A stretch of 64,000 bases of DNA from Naegleria gruberi (Eukaryota), in the NCBI GenBank assembly GCA_000004985.1, contig GG738873.1, one strand, 5' to 3'. Both the position numbers and the translations under genes were made by a program. The first letter of the stretch is position 1, and every line of letters begins with the position of its first letter. The notes under the pieces were generated by a model. It made no database searches and was not told where the DNA came from. It was given only the letters and a program-made list of their open reading frames with translations. Below are positions 10,470-21,447 of the stretch, piece by piece.

Positions 10470-12830
10470 ATGTTGAAACGATTCCTCAGTGCTAGTGTTG
10501 CTCATCATCACTATTCGAACACAACCTCATCATCAACAATACTCTCATCGGTAATTCCTTCAGGTAAAAATTTTGCCAATAATGCCTCTTCATTAGTATT
10601 AAATTTGAGAAATTATTCTTCGTCATCTTCTCAAGATAAGAAAGTTTCATCTCTAAAACACACAACACGTCAAAAGGATATTAAAAGTAATCAAGATAGT
10701 ACGGATTCTCTCGGAAATATTATGTTTGAATTACCAAGTGATAAAATCAGAAATGTAGGAATTATTGCTCATATTGATGCTGGAAAAACAACAACAACTG
10801 AAAGAATGCTTTATTATAGTGGATATAGTTCTCATTTGGGAAATGTTGATGATGGTGATACAATTACTGATTATATGCCACAAGAACAAGAAAGAGGTAT
10901 CACCATTACAAGTGCTGCAATTACATTTAAATGGAAGGATCATAGAGTTAATTTAATTGATACTCCTGGTCACGTTGACTTTACTTTTGAAGTGGAAAGA
11001 TCAGTGAGTGTTTTGGATGGTGCTGTTGCAATTTTTGATGTTGTCAATGGTGTGGAAGCTCAAAGTAAGACAGTTTGGAGACAAGCAGATAGATATAATG
11101 TACCAAGAATTGTTTACATGAATAAGATGGATAAAATTGGAGCTAATTTTGAAACAGCAATTGAAACCTTGTTGGAAAGATTGCCAAGTTGTCCAACCCC
11201 AATTCCTATTCAATTACCTAGTGGAACAGAAGATGCTTTCAATTCAGTTTTTGATTTGATTGAATTGAAGGAATATGTTTTCACAGGTGATGAATCTAGA
11301 ACTTATAACATTAAACCAATTCAGGAAAAGGATTTAGCAAGAGTTACGGAAGCAAGAGAAACAATGATTGATACTATTGCTAGTCTTGATGATGAATTAG
11401 GAGAAAAATATTTAAACGAGGAAGAAATTACATCTGAGGATATTCACAATGCTGTCAGAAGAGTTACAATTGAGAGAAAGGGTATTCCAATTTTCTGTGG
11501 AAGTTCATTGAAGAATAAGGGAGTTCAACAAGTTATGGATGGTATTGTGAGATATCTTCCTGGTCCAAAAATTGATGAAGCTTCAAAGCAAAGAGAATTG
11601 AATGCCTTTGCCTTCAAGGTTATTAACGATGTACAAAGAGGGTTATTGGTATTCGTTAGAGTTTATAGTGGTTCTGTTGATATCACTAAATCTCCAGCAA
11701 TTTTCAATCACTCAAAGAATCAAAAGGAAAGAATTGGTAAAGTTTATCAAATGCATGCCAACGTTCCTCAAGAAGTCAAGAAAATCTCAGCTGGTAACAT
11801 TGGTGTCCTTGTTGGTTTGAAAGAAACAGGTACAGGTGATATTCTTGTTGCTAAACAAGGATCCAAGACTGACCCGTCAATTCCACAACTTTCTGTTCCA
11901 AAACCTGTTTTCTTCTGTTCAATAGAGGCTGAAAATAGTGCAGATCAAGATGCTCTCGATAATGCCTTGTCAATTATGCAAAAGGAAGACCCAAGTTTAC
12001 AAATTACAAATAATGAAGAAACCAATCAAACACTTGTGAGTGGTATGGGTGAATTGCATTTGGAAATTATTAAGGATAGAATTTTAACAGAATACGGTAT
12101 CAATGTTGAAATGGGTGAGGTACAAATTTCATACAGAGAAACACTTACTGTCGAATCACCAGTCACATATTTGGAATTTGATAAGAAACTCACCACTGGA
12201 AAGAGACTTTATGCTAGGTTGTGGATTAAAGTTGGTCCTGCCGAATCTGGTGTAGGAAATAACGTCGAGTTTGATTGGGATGAGGATAAATGTACTCCAG
12301 ACATGAAGACTATCAAGAAATTTGAAAAATCCATTAGATATGGTCTTGAAAGTAGTTTCATGAGAGGTGCTCTCTTGGGATATCCAATCGAAGAAATCAA
12401 GGTTACAGTTGTTGGAGCATCAGTTTTGGATGAGAATAGAGAACAAATCGTTGTAGGAGAAGAATTACAAAATCAATCATTTATTCAATGTGCCCACTCA
12501 TTGTTTACTAAGATTTTGAAGGACAATGAACAGAGTGCCAGACTTTTGGAACCATATATGAATTTGGAAATTGAAACAGATAGAGCATATATTGGTACAA
12601 TTATGTCAGATTTGACAGGTTCTAGAAGAGCTAAGATTAAGGGTATGCAAGCTAGAAATGACCTCACAGTTATTTCAGCAGAAGTACCACTCAGTGAAAT
12701 GATTGGATACAGTTCTCATTTGAGATCACTCACATCTGGTCAATGCCACTATCATATGGACTTTGCTAGATATGAAACTTTACAACAAGAATATCAAAGA
12801 AAGCTCATTACAAAACTGAGAGGTTATTAG
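10470..12830 (+). CDS. GFM2: Mitochondrial elongation factor G2 / ribosome-releasing factor 2 (GFM2-like)
   Basis: G-domain motifs AHIDAGKTTTTERMLYYSG, GNVDDGDTITDYMPQEQERGITI, DTPGHVDFTFEVERS, NKMD. Full five-domain EF-G length. N-terminal MLKRFLSASVAHHH presequence. First ATG at 10470 (ORF called from TTG at 10452). Ends in TAG. Confidence 0.85.
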   Translation: MLKRFLSASVAHHHYSNTTSSSTILSSVIPSGKNFANNASSLVLNLRNYSSSSSQDKKVSSLKHTTRQKDIKSNQDSTDSLGNIMFELPSDKIRNVGIIAHIDAGKTTTTERMLYYSGYSSHLGNVDDGDTITDYMPQEQERGITITSAAITFKWKDHRVNLIDTPGHVDFTFEVERSVSVLDGAVAIFDVVNGVEAQSKTVWRQADRYNVPRIVYMNKMDKIGANFETAIETLLERLPSCPTPIPIQLPSGTEDAFNSVFDLIELKEYVFTGDESRTYNIKPIQEKDLARVTEARETMIDTIASLDDELGEKYLNEEEITSEDIHNAVRRVTIERKGIPIFCGSSLKNKGVQQVMDGIVRYLPGPKIDEASKQRELNAFAFKVINDVQRGLLVFVRVYSGSVDITKSPAIFNHSKNQKERIGKVYQMHANVPQEVKKISAGNIGVLVGLKETGTGDILVAKQGSKTDPSIPQLSVPKPVFFCSIEAENSADQDALDNALSIMQKEDPSLQITNNEETNQTLVSGMGELHLEIIKDRILTEYGINVEMGEVQISYRETLTVESPVTYLEFDKKLTTGKRLYARLWIKVGPAESGVGNNVEFDWDEDKCTPDMKTIKKFEKSIRYGLESSFMRGALLGYPIEEIKVTVVGASVLDENREQIVVGEELQNQSFIQCAHSLFTKILKDNEQSARLLEPYMNLEIETDRAYIGTIMSDLTGSRRAKIKGMQARNDLTVISAEVPLSEMIGYSSHLRSLTSGQCHYHMDFARYETLQQEYQRKLITKLRGY

Positions 12831-12842
12831 GCTCTTTATAAA

Positions 12843-13784
12843 TTAAATACTTTCTTTTTGATACTCTTCTGTTGTTACTCGTTTGTAATTAGATCCACAA
12901 ATTATACAAGAAACGGAAAATCTTTTAGCCCAAGGTGACAGTGGCATGTAGGTGCTTATTCTGCCACAGAACTTGCATTCCTTAATTGGCATGCTATTAC
13001 TTGGAGTACTAGATTGTCTCTTTTGTGGGAATTCAACAATAGGACCTTTCTTAGTGATACAATCATAAAACTTTTTGTGTGGTAAAATATCATACCCTTG
13101 TTTGAAAAGGAATCCTCTAAAGTTAGGTGCAAGATCCAAAAACTCAATATATTGTTGTGTTGAATATTGACAAATATACTCATTAGATCCAAAATTAGAG
13201 GATTGTAAAATTGATTTCCATGTTTCAACATCCAAATAATTATTGGTCTTTAGAGCAGGGTTAGCTGCCAAAGACCAATAAAATTGAACAACTTGTGTAA
13301 TTGTTTGTTGACTGAATATGAATGAATCCACCTTGTTGTGTGTAACAACTACTGAAATTAAATACGCATAGAATGATAATTCCTTCAGAACATCCATTGA
13401 AATCTTGGATTTAATGAGTGAACTCTTTAAATTGCTGTTAATCAAAATGATAATTAGCAAACGTACCAAAAAGTATACAGAAATAGCGTGCTTTTTTTCA
13501 GTGGCTGGTTCATTAACAAGATCAGTGGCTGCTTTCTTTACGAACAGCAATAATCGAATACACCAGTTAGCAAATGGAGCAAATGGTAAAAGAACATTAG
13601 GATCCCTAAAGTTTCCAACCTTTTCATCAATAATCTTTTTAACATTCTCAAATGATGCATCATTAAGCTGTTTATCAAAATTAGGAACAACTCTGTCATT
13701 TCTAATGACCTCTGTGATAGTCTTTGCATATACCATAGATTGCATGTAAATACTGTGACCTCTCTTTGCAGCACTTGCACTCAT
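12843..13784 (-). CDS. Hypothetical protein with C-terminal CxxC...CxxC zinc ribbon
   Basis: 313-aa ORF with real ATG. C-terminal CKFCGRIS...CIICGSNY. Stop is 12 nt from the EF-G stop (convergent). Confidence 0.5.
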   Translation of the reverse strand: MSASAAKRGHSIYMQSMVYAKTITEVIRNDRVVPNFDKQLNDASFENVKKIIDEKVGNFRDPNVLLPFAPFANWCIRLLLFVKKAATDLVNEPATEKKHAISVYFLVRLLIIILINSNLKSSLIKSKISMDVLKELSFYAYLISVVVTHNKVDSFIFSQQTITQVVQFYWSLAANPALKTNNYLDVETWKSILQSSNFGSNEYICQYSTQQYIEFLDLAPNFRGFLFKQGYDILPHKKFYDCITKKGPIVEFPQKRQSSTPSNSMPIKECKFCGRISTYMPLSPWAKRFSVSCIICGSNYKRVTTEEYQKESI

Positions 13785-13827
13785 ACTAATTCAATATTGT
13801 TAATAGTTCATGAAAATCCCAAATAAC

Positions 13828-15384
13828 TTACAAATAAATAGAAAATATAAACATTTCTAAAGAATAAATATAAATAACATTCTTGGAAGAATTTTCCAAT
13901 TTCAATCTGCATTGTTCAAATTCTGCTCCAATAGTTGTAATTTCCTCAGGAGACACCAATTTTTTGATTGATGCAAATAAATCCCATCTGTCGTAATTGT
14001 TAATAAGACATAAATTAAGCATATTGATATACTCTGCATTGGATCTCTTTTGTAATGGGAAGAGTCTAACTTTCATAGATGAATCTAAAACAGCAATAAC
14101 ACAACAATTTGGGGATATATCTGCATCACAAATTGTGGTATCAACAGGTTCCTCTGTCAGTTTTCTCTTTTTTGGTAATGGATTATTAATAGGTTCTTCC
14201 AATATTAATTCATCAGTTTCTCCTTTGGTATCTATTGTTTGGTAGTGCTTGAAGGACATTATTTCTGCAGCATATTTATATACATGGACTTTAGTGGTAT
14301 CTGTAAATAATAAATAATTTCCATCAATTGAAGTTTTAAATGAGAGCATTTCGGCTTTAAGAGGAGTAAAGTGCTTATCTTCTCTCCAATATTTTAGGGC
14401 GTGGGTTATATCGTCTTTAGAGTCTTTGGAATCTTTAAATTGCAAGCTTTGATCTCCTGCACTGGTCATTACTGCTTTCAAGCTCATTCTTTTAGGGTAT
14501 TGGTGATAAATCATATATTTGTTATCTTGGGTCTGTATCATGATCTTATTCTTATATGGAATCAAGTATAGACCTGCAACAAGACCATCTATTGAGAAGC
14601 AAGTTCTCGAAATTAATATTAAATTATTTGGAAGGGTAGTATCTACATTTCTACCTCTTTCAATGGCTAACTTTGCAACATGAATAGTTGAACTATCTCT
14701 TTCTGAACATATTACACAAATATTTCCATCTTCCAATATTGTGAAATCTGCACAAATAAGTCCATTTAAATTCAATTGAATACTAGAAGTTACCCATTTG
14801 TATTTTGAATGGTCATAGAAATAAAATAAAACCTCTCCATGGCTTGTGATGGCAATAAATGAACGAGTTCCACTTGGTAAATTAACAATTGATGAATATT
14901 TTCGGGTGTATCTAGCTTCCAATTCTGGTGAATCATTATTAATTGTTGTATTGTCATTAAGATAAGTAATAACATTGTCACACCATTTACAACACAATAC
15001 ATTCTCGCAATAAAAAGTCTTTCTTAAATGATAATCGTTAACACATTGATTGACACATTTCCACAAAGTAATAGTATTGTATCTATCATGAGACAATAAC
15101 ATTCCAACTCCTTGAGAAAGTTGCCAATTTAATCCTCTAACTTCATCATACAAATGATTTGACGGAATTTTCTCCACTTTTGATGGTTCATTCGGATCCA
15201 CAACAAAAATCTTGTTCTGTGTAGAATAGGATAACATGTTATGCTTGTTGAAGGAAATTACTCCCTTTGGTACAAATTTACTTAGTTCGATCGGTTTTTC
15301 ATCATCAATAGTACCATTCATCAAACTTTCCGTTCCATTAGCAACAAGAGAAAAACAACTTCCCTCTTGTGATGATCCGAGCAT
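13828..15384 (-). CDS. Hypothetical protein (518 aa)
   Basis: Long uninterrupted ORF with real ATG and codon usage matching neighbouring genes. No confident family assignment. Confidence 0.5.
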   Translation of the reverse strand: MLGSSQEGSCFSLVANGTESLMNGTIDDEKPIELSKFVPKGVISFNKHNMLSYSTQNKIFVVDPNEPSKVEKIPSNHLYDEVRGLNWQLSQGVGMLLSHDRYNTITLWKCVNQCVNDYHLRKTFYCENVLCCKWCDNVITYLNDNTTINNDSPELEARYTRKYSSIVNLPSGTRSFIAITSHGEVLFYFYDHSKYKWVTSSIQLNLNGLICADFTILEDGNICVICSERDSSTIHVAKLAIERGRNVDTTLPNNLILISRTCFSIDGLVAGLYLIPYKNKIMIQTQDNKYMIYHQYPKRMSLKAVMTSAGDQSLQFKDSKDSKDDITHALKYWREDKHFTPLKAEMLSFKTSIDGNYLLFTDTTKVHVYKYAAEIMSFKHYQTIDTKGETDELILEEPINNPLPKKRKLTEEPVDTTICDADISPNCCVIAVLDSSMKVRLFPLQKRSNAEYINMLNLCLINNYDRWDLFASIKKLVSPEEITTIGAEFEQCRLKLENSSKNVIYIYSLEMFIFSIYL

Positions 15385-15489
15385 TTTTTTTAATTAATTT
15401 GAAATTATTTTTTTATAAAACTTAAATACAATTTTAAATCTATTAATAGTTGTCAATAGTTGAATGAAAAAGTATTGAAATTTTTGGAG

Positions 15490-16506
15490 CTAACTAATGT
15501 TTTGAGTGGGATAATTAACAATCTTGCTTAAAATAGTGGCAAATTGAATGCATTCTTGAACTGAGTTTGGATTGCAGCTCACTATTGAAACCATATTCGA
15601 TTCTCCAAAGAAATCACCTTTTAAACTCTTGACAAATGAACATCCTTTGAGTGGTATGATGGGTTGTTGACATAGATCCAATGATCTTGCAATAGGCTTC
15701 AATTGTTTAAACACACAAGTCAATTCTTCACATTGATAATTGACCATTCGAATAAATTTCAATTGACTCTTATGAATGTGCTCTTTCTTTTCATTTTCAT
15801 CCATGATTCTCCTATCCACTTCTATTAAAATATAATTTGACATTGTAAATGATGACGTTTCCTTTTGATTGTAGAAACAAGATGTGTTAAATAAACATCT
15901 TTCCAAAAATTCCAATGAATCTTTCAAATTGAAAAGTGAAATCTTTGAATAGCCGTGAAGAATTGGTTCCTCATTGCTCTGAAATTTAATTACAGGAAAG
16001 TTTGCACTTAAAATATCATGAAATCGTTCACCTGTTAAGCAGAGACAAGATGCTTTGAGTGAAACTGAACTTTTCTGATCAGAAAATAAATGTTCAAACG
16101 ATTGTTGTATCATTCCATTCATATCATCATGTGTATTTCCCATCATTCTATGTCATTCATAACCAATTAATAGAAGAAAATATTAGAATTCAATTTGAAA
16201 GTAATCTTACATGTTCATATGGCTGACATCCTCTACAATCATAACAGTTCCATTGTATCCATGGAGTGTTTTATCAATGGTTGGCATGATTGCTTCTTTG
16301 AAATATATATTACAATTGACAGGACTTCATTCTTAAGAGAATTAGAATTTCTTGAAAACTTACTCTTCCACAACTCCATCATATTGATATTCTCTATTAT
16401 TTTTCAAGTCAACAATGCACTTTCCCTTGTTGTCCTTAATTTCCATGTCTGTCAATTGATTACCATCATAAACATGCAAGACAACCACTGCTTGACTTTT
16501 AGACAT
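15490..16506 (-). CDS. Kinesin motor-like protein with degenerate ATP-binding motifs (pseudo-kinesin A), 3 exons: complement(join(15490..16147,16211..16324,16364..16506))
   Basis: Kinesin-fold signatures (HGYNGTV, GMIQQSFEHLF, C-terminal PLKGCSFVKSLKGDFFGESNMVSIVSCNP...ILSKI matching [22 protein letters not shown]). P-loop GQTGSGKT replaced by IVEDVSHMN; switch II DLAGSE replaced by RMVNYQ. Introns 16325..16363 and 16148..16210 (GTAAGT/GTAAGA donors). Confidence 0.6.
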
Positions 16507-16554
16507 TTTTTAATTGTGAAGAGATTAAAAAGTGTGACACATTGTGACTTGTTA

Positions 16555-17641
16555 TTAATGTTTATGAACAGATTCTGTTGCAATATGCTTCTTAGGATGA
16601 TTAACAATCTTTGAGAATGATGAAGCAATTTGAATAGTTTTCAAAATTTGTTGTTTTGTTGTTCCAATACTAAATACGATTGATGTATTCGAATTGCCGC
16701 CTAAACCTTCTCTCAAGCTATGTGTCAGAACATTATCTCTGTATGGAATGAATTTTTCACCTGTTGTCAATCTGTTTACCACAGACAAAAACTGATCATA
16801 AGTTTTTGCCATTTCCAATCCTAGTTTGGAAGTTTCCAAAAAGTAATTCATAATATCCACAAACTTGATTTCACTCTTCAAAATTTGAAAACTTTTATCC
16901 TCTTCCTTCCATTCTCTTTGCTCAATTTCAATAATCATATAATAAACAGCATGTCTAGTATTTGTCGATCCATGTTGAGTAGCAAAAAGTGTTGAATGTT
17001 TCATTCCAGCATTCACCAATTCATTCACAACTTTCATTGAGAGAACAGGAACTCTTTTCAATCCTTCAAAGCAAAGTGTCTTGTTAGGTAATTCCTTAAA
17101 TTTAACTCTCGGAGTTGTTGAATCCAAAACATCATAAAATAATTGATTACACAACATTAGGGAGGAGGCATAAATTGTGACTTGATCGTGCTTTCCTTCA
17201 ATCATTTCAAACAACTTTTCAAAGGTGTGAAATATTAAGCCCTTCTCATGACGCATTAATCTGTTTATGGGATAAAGAGCATTAAGAAAATTTAGATAAT
17301 TACAAAGCTAGATATAAATACTAACGTTTTTCTATGAGCCTCATCTTCAAATAATAAAACAGTTCCATCAAAACCTAACATGGCTTGTTCAACAATTGGT
17401 TTCACAGCAACATTAAACAATTCTGAACAATCTACAGGACTAACTCATCCGATATAAATAATAACAAAATCCATTCATTCAATGTGTATACTTACTCTTC
17501 AAATACTCCATCAAAAGGATACTCAGTTGTTGGCCACGTATTAAAATCTCTCATAATTTTCCCTTCCTTAATGCCCATATTAATGTCATCCGAGTAGTCA
17601 TTCCAATCAAAAGCTTGAATATACACTGAAAGTGGTTTCAT
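16555..17641 (-). CDS. Kinesin motor-like protein with degenerate ATP-binding motifs (pseudo-kinesin B), 3 exons: complement(join(16555..17260,17326..17439,17496..17641))
   Basis: Paralogue of 15490..16506 with the same exon structure (exon 2 is 114 nt in both). FDGVFED...GFDGTVLLFEDEAHRKT where kinesins have GYNGTIFAYGQTGSGKT; FIPYRDNVLTHSLREGLGGNSNTSIVFSI matches the kinesin neck-linker/alpha6 region; switch II is DIMNYF. Confidence 0.65.
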
Positions 17642-17805
17642 TTTTTTTTAAATTGTGAAATCTCCAAATTAGTTCTTCCTTAGTGTTAAATTTGGAAGTT
17701 CCACATAAGGGCATCATCTTTTCAATTTGCCTTAAATTGATCCAAATTAAAAACAAGATAAAAAATTGGTGTGTTTCAGATTTTGTGATCAAGTAGCAAG
17801 CATGC

Positions 17806-19176
17806 ATGGATCCAACCAATAATACTGTAGCAATTATTGTAAAGACATTAAAGATATTACAAAATGTATTTAAATATTTAAAAAATTCTATTTTTATTCA
17901 AAAACACAAATTAAAAAAAATGGCATTAGCGTTCCTCAATCTAAAATCCTTTCACCCTCTGAACAAGCAAAATCAGAGAAAGAAATGGATAGCGGAACAA
18001 CAAGAAAAAGCAAAACGTAAACTTGCCGAACAACGTATCAAAGAATTAGCAGATGAACAAGAATTATATAAAGAGGAAAAAGTCAAGCTAATACAAAACA
18101 AGGTAACAAAGAAGCAATCATCAGAATCTCAGGCTGAGATGAGGAGAAGAAAGCAAATGTTACATGCCAAACCATCTGATATGAATAATAATAATATTAG
18201 TAATAATACTAGTAATAATGATGTATTTGTTCCTTCATCAACATCACAACAGGTTCAACCAATAATCAATCAAGAAAAAAAGGAAAATACCAAGGAAGCT
18301 GAATTTTCAGACTTTGTAAGAAGTTCGGATGATGTTAAATCTAATAAGAAATCTAGGAGAGGAGGAAGAAGGAGAGGAGGAAATGGTAAAGATAAGGAGG
18401 AAACTGTTGCTTCATCAACCAAATCTATTGCATTTATTTATCAACAACCACCAGGATTGAAGGATTGTTTGGAAAAGGAAAAAAAGTTAAAGGAAAGAGA
18501 ACAAGTGGAAAAGAGAGAACAAGAAGAAAGAAATAGGAATATTGCTAAAACAAAGGAAGCTTTTGGAATGACGGATAATTCTCTTTCAATTCCTTCAATA
18601 ATGAAAATTCAATCTAAAACTGTAAATAATGAAAATACCACTACAATAGTTGAGGAAGAACCAAAAGTTATTGTGGAAGCACCACTGGAAAATCCAGATT
18701 CTGAAAAGCCAAAAGACAGACGTCTATTGTCTGATGTGGAAAAATTCCCAATCCTCAAACACGCTCCAACAGAAGGTGGTTACACAGAATTTGTGAAAGT
18801 CAAACACAAACCTTTTGGTATTGAACTCAGAAATGTCAGATGTACCAAATGTGGTGAGTTTGGTCACACAAACATAGATAGAGAATGTCCATTATTTGGC
18901 ATTAGTCGTGTGGATGCAGATAGACTTAATAGAGAAGATCCATTACTTCAAATGAAGCAGATAGAAGAACCAGAGGAACCAAACAATGATGCAGTTTTTG
19001 AGGAATACTTTACTCAGGAAGATACAAATCCTGAGGAGCTTTACGAGATTTTGGTGACAATGTCATCTGAAGATAAGAAGAAACTTTTCAAGAAATACAA
19101 GAAACTCAAATCAAAACTAAAGAAAAGAAGGGATAAGAATGAAGAAACGGAAGGAGCTAAAAAGAGAAAACTGTAA
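17806..19176 (+). CDS. Cir_N-domain protein (CIR1/CWC25-like splicing/co-repressor factor) with C-terminal CCHC zinc knuckle
   Basis: MALAFLNLKSFHPLNKQNQRKKWIAEQ and FIYQQPPGL match the Cir_N signature. CTKCGEFGHTNIDRECP is a zinc knuckle. Lys/Glu-rich. Likely start is the ATG at 17920 (AAAAAAAATG context); the ATG at 17806 is also in frame. Confidence 0.7.
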   Translation: MDPTNNTVAIIVKTLKILQNVFKYLKNSIFIQKHKLKKMALAFLNLKSFHPLNKQNQRKKWIAEQQEKAKRKLAEQRIKELADEQELYKEEKVKLIQNKVTKKQSSESQAEMRRRKQMLHAKPSDMNNNNISNNTSNNDVFVPSSTSQQVQPIINQEKKENTKEAEFSDFVRSSDDVKSNKKSRRGGRRRGGNGKDKEETVASSTKSIAFIYQQPPGLKDCLEKEKKLKEREQVEKREQEERNRNIAKTKEAFGMTDNSLSIPSIMKIQSKTVNNENTTTIVEEEPKVIVEAPLENPDSEKPKDRRLLSDVEKFPILKHAPTEGGYTEFVKVKHKPFGIELRNVRCTKCGEFGHTNIDRECPLFGISRVDADRLNREDPLLQMKQIEEPEEPNNDAVFEEYFTQEDTNPEELYEILVTMSSEDKKKLFKKYKKLKSKLKKRRDKNEETEGAKKRKL

Positions 19177-19185
19177 TAATATTTA

Positions 19186-21447
19186 TTAAAACACTAAGGC
19201 AAATACAATAATAAATCCTGCTAACACAATAAGAGAAATAATTGTGATTAAAATTCTTCTCTTCCAAACAGATCTGTGTTTGATCTTTGTGTGATAGGTG
19301 TGAATAATACTATCAATAATTCTTCTGATACCAGTCCACAAACTAGACAATGGTTGGAAATTTTCTTTCAAACTCATGAGATAGTCTTTAAATGTGGAAG
19401 TTGTGGAAACTGCCTGTCCAGAAGCCATAGCTACATTTGTTACTACTTCTGTAGCTTTTTCAAGTTCTTTCTTATATTTGAATAAGCTACCAATTTTAGT
19501 GAATGGATAAGCTACCATTTGGAAGAATCCTACAATTACATTGAATAAAACCTTAAACAATGTAACAGGATATGAAATAATAGCTGAAATAGCAGTAAAA
19601 AGCTCAACAACAAAATCTATCAACTCTGTACAAACAAATGATATCAATTGAACAGGAACTTGAATTGCAGCATATAATCCTGTACCAAATAGAGCAATAA
19701 ACTTTGCAATTGCTGAGCAAGAAACTGATAAAAAGTTGAACAGTGGCAATAACAAATGGTTGTACAATTGTATAAATGGATAAACAATACCATTTCCAAG
19801 TAAAACCAAAAAGTCTGCCAAGGGTTTAAATATCTGAGTAATGAAATGTGACAAATTAACAATTAACTTCCATAGGGGCGTAAATAGAGCAACAATAGGT
19901 GCAAATAGTGAGAAGAATATTAGAGATGCCTCCCATACTTTCGAGAATACTAGTGGAATAAGCAACATTACTTTGTTCTTGATTAGTGGCTCAAAGTAAG
20001 AGGCTACAGGTCCAAATAATGCTCTAAGGGCACCTCCAACAATTGGAAGATTCTTATACAAATCGTAAAAGCCCCATATCAAACTGATTACAATATAAAT
20101 ATTTACAAGAGTAGTAATAACTTCTCTAACTCGGTGATTATAATACACTGGAATACCATATCTATTTACAATTGTGGCCCAGGTAGGAAGGCCAACAATA
20201 GCAAGTTTTAACAATCGTTTGTCTGATGAAAGCAATGCACCATCCATATATTTAGCGCTATCTTCTCTACTCAAGTAAAGGAAGAAGAAGTTAGATTGCA
20301 TTGTAGATGGTGCTTGCTCTGGAACTCGTTTAGTTTCAATAACTATAATATCATCAGAGAGAGGCGAATGTTGGAATTCAATACCTGTTATTTCATCAAA
20401 AGGAATAGTTAATCTTTGCTCACTTTTTGATTCAATTATACTATCATAGGAGAATATAATTCTCTTTTTGTAAATATCTATCAACACTCTAATTGTGTGA
20501 GTAAGAGTCTTTTGCCATCCTTTAATGAACCAATCACAAGTAGTTAATCTAACAGCATTGAATTCATATTGACCTACACTCTGAATATCTGAAGTATTTG
20601 TTAGGGATAACTTGTTTCTCAATTCTCTAGAATCTTCAAATCTATCAAGTTTAAATTGAGCAATTGGATCAACAGCTTGATTAGTTTGATATCTGGTATG
20701 TCTAAATCTCTTAATATGATCCACGTGTTTATACATAAAACTGTACTGATGAGGAAGAGGAGTAGTTACTTGCTCCCCAACAGCAGAGCTTGTTTGAGCT
20801 CTAACACTCTTGTTTGGTGTTACAGCACTGGCTTTTCTTCTACGTGTGGATACATCAAGAGTTAATGGTGATGGAATGACAAGTTGATCTTCTGGTGTTT
20901 TTGGTGAGTTTCTTCTAGAGTTTTTGAGTGGCTTAATTGGTGATAAATTCAATGAAGGTGTTGTTACATTTGTAGAGTTTTGTTTTGATGGAGAAGGAGA
21001 AATAAAGGAAGATGATTTGGTAACAGTACCAGGAGTGTGAAAAAGTGTTGAAGGTGAATCCAATATTTCACTGTCAGAATGATGGGTATCTTGTTCTTCC
21101 TCTTCCTCTTCATAATCATCCTCATCAAATTCATCATATTCGTCATCACTCAAGTCATCCGAGGTTATTATCGAAGGAGTGGTTATTAAATTTGAAGAAT
21201 TATACTCTGGAATAGAAAATGTAGAATTGGAATTAATGTTTGTTGATATAATAGGTGTTGTTTCTGCAGGAATGATTGGAGTTTCATCGGTGCATGGTTT
21301 TACTCTCCTTCTAAAAGTGCTCATCTTGTTGGTCAGAGAGTCAAAAATTCGTGATGATGAAAGAAATGATGCTGTACTTGTTATTATTTTGTTATTATCG
21401 ACGTGTTTAGGAGGATCAGCAATTAGTAGTTTTGTGGGTGTTTGCAT
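19186..21447 (-). CDS. Multi-pass membrane protein with Ser/Thr/Asp-rich N-terminal region (hypothetical)
   Basis: 754-aa ORF. C-terminal half is a series of hydrophobic helices. First ATG at 21447 (ORF called from TTG). Stop lies 9 nt from the stop of 17806..19176. Confidence 0.55.
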   Translation of the reverse strand: MQTPTKLLIADPPKHVDNNKIITSTASFLSSSRIFDSLTNKMSTFRRRVKPCTDETPIIPAETTPIISTNINSNSTFSIPEYNSSNLITTPSIITSDDLSDDEYDEFDEDDYEEEEEEQDTHHSDSEILDSPSTLFHTPGTVTKSSSFISPSPSKQNSTNVTTPSLNLSPIKPLKNSRRNSPKTPEDQLVIPSPLTLDVSTRRRKASAVTPNKSVRAQTSSAVGEQVTTPLPHQYSFMYKHVDHIKRFRHTRYQTNQAVDPIAQFKLDRFEDSRELRNKLSLTNTSDIQSVGQYEFNAVRLTTCDWFIKGWQKTLTHTIRVLIDIYKKRIIFSYDSIIESKSEQRLTIPFDEITGIEFQHSPLSDDIIVIETKRVPEQAPSTMQSNFFFLYLSREDSAKYMDGALLSSDKRLLKLAIVGLPTWATIVNRYGIPVYYNHRVREVITTLVNIYIVISLIWGFYDLYKNLPIVGGALRALFGPVASYFEPLIKNKVMLLIPLVFSKVWEASLIFFSLFAPIVALFTPLWKLIVNLSHFITQIFKPLADFLVLLGNGIVYPFIQLYNHLLLPLFNFLSVSCSAIAKFIALFGTGLYAAIQVPVQLISFVCTELIDFVVELFTAISAIISYPVTLFKVLFNVIVGFFQMVAYPFTKIGSLFKYKKELEKATEVVTNVAMASGQAVSTTSTFKDYLMSLKENFQPLSSLWTGIRRIIDSIIHTYHTKIKHRSVWKRRILITIISLIVLAGFIIVFALVF

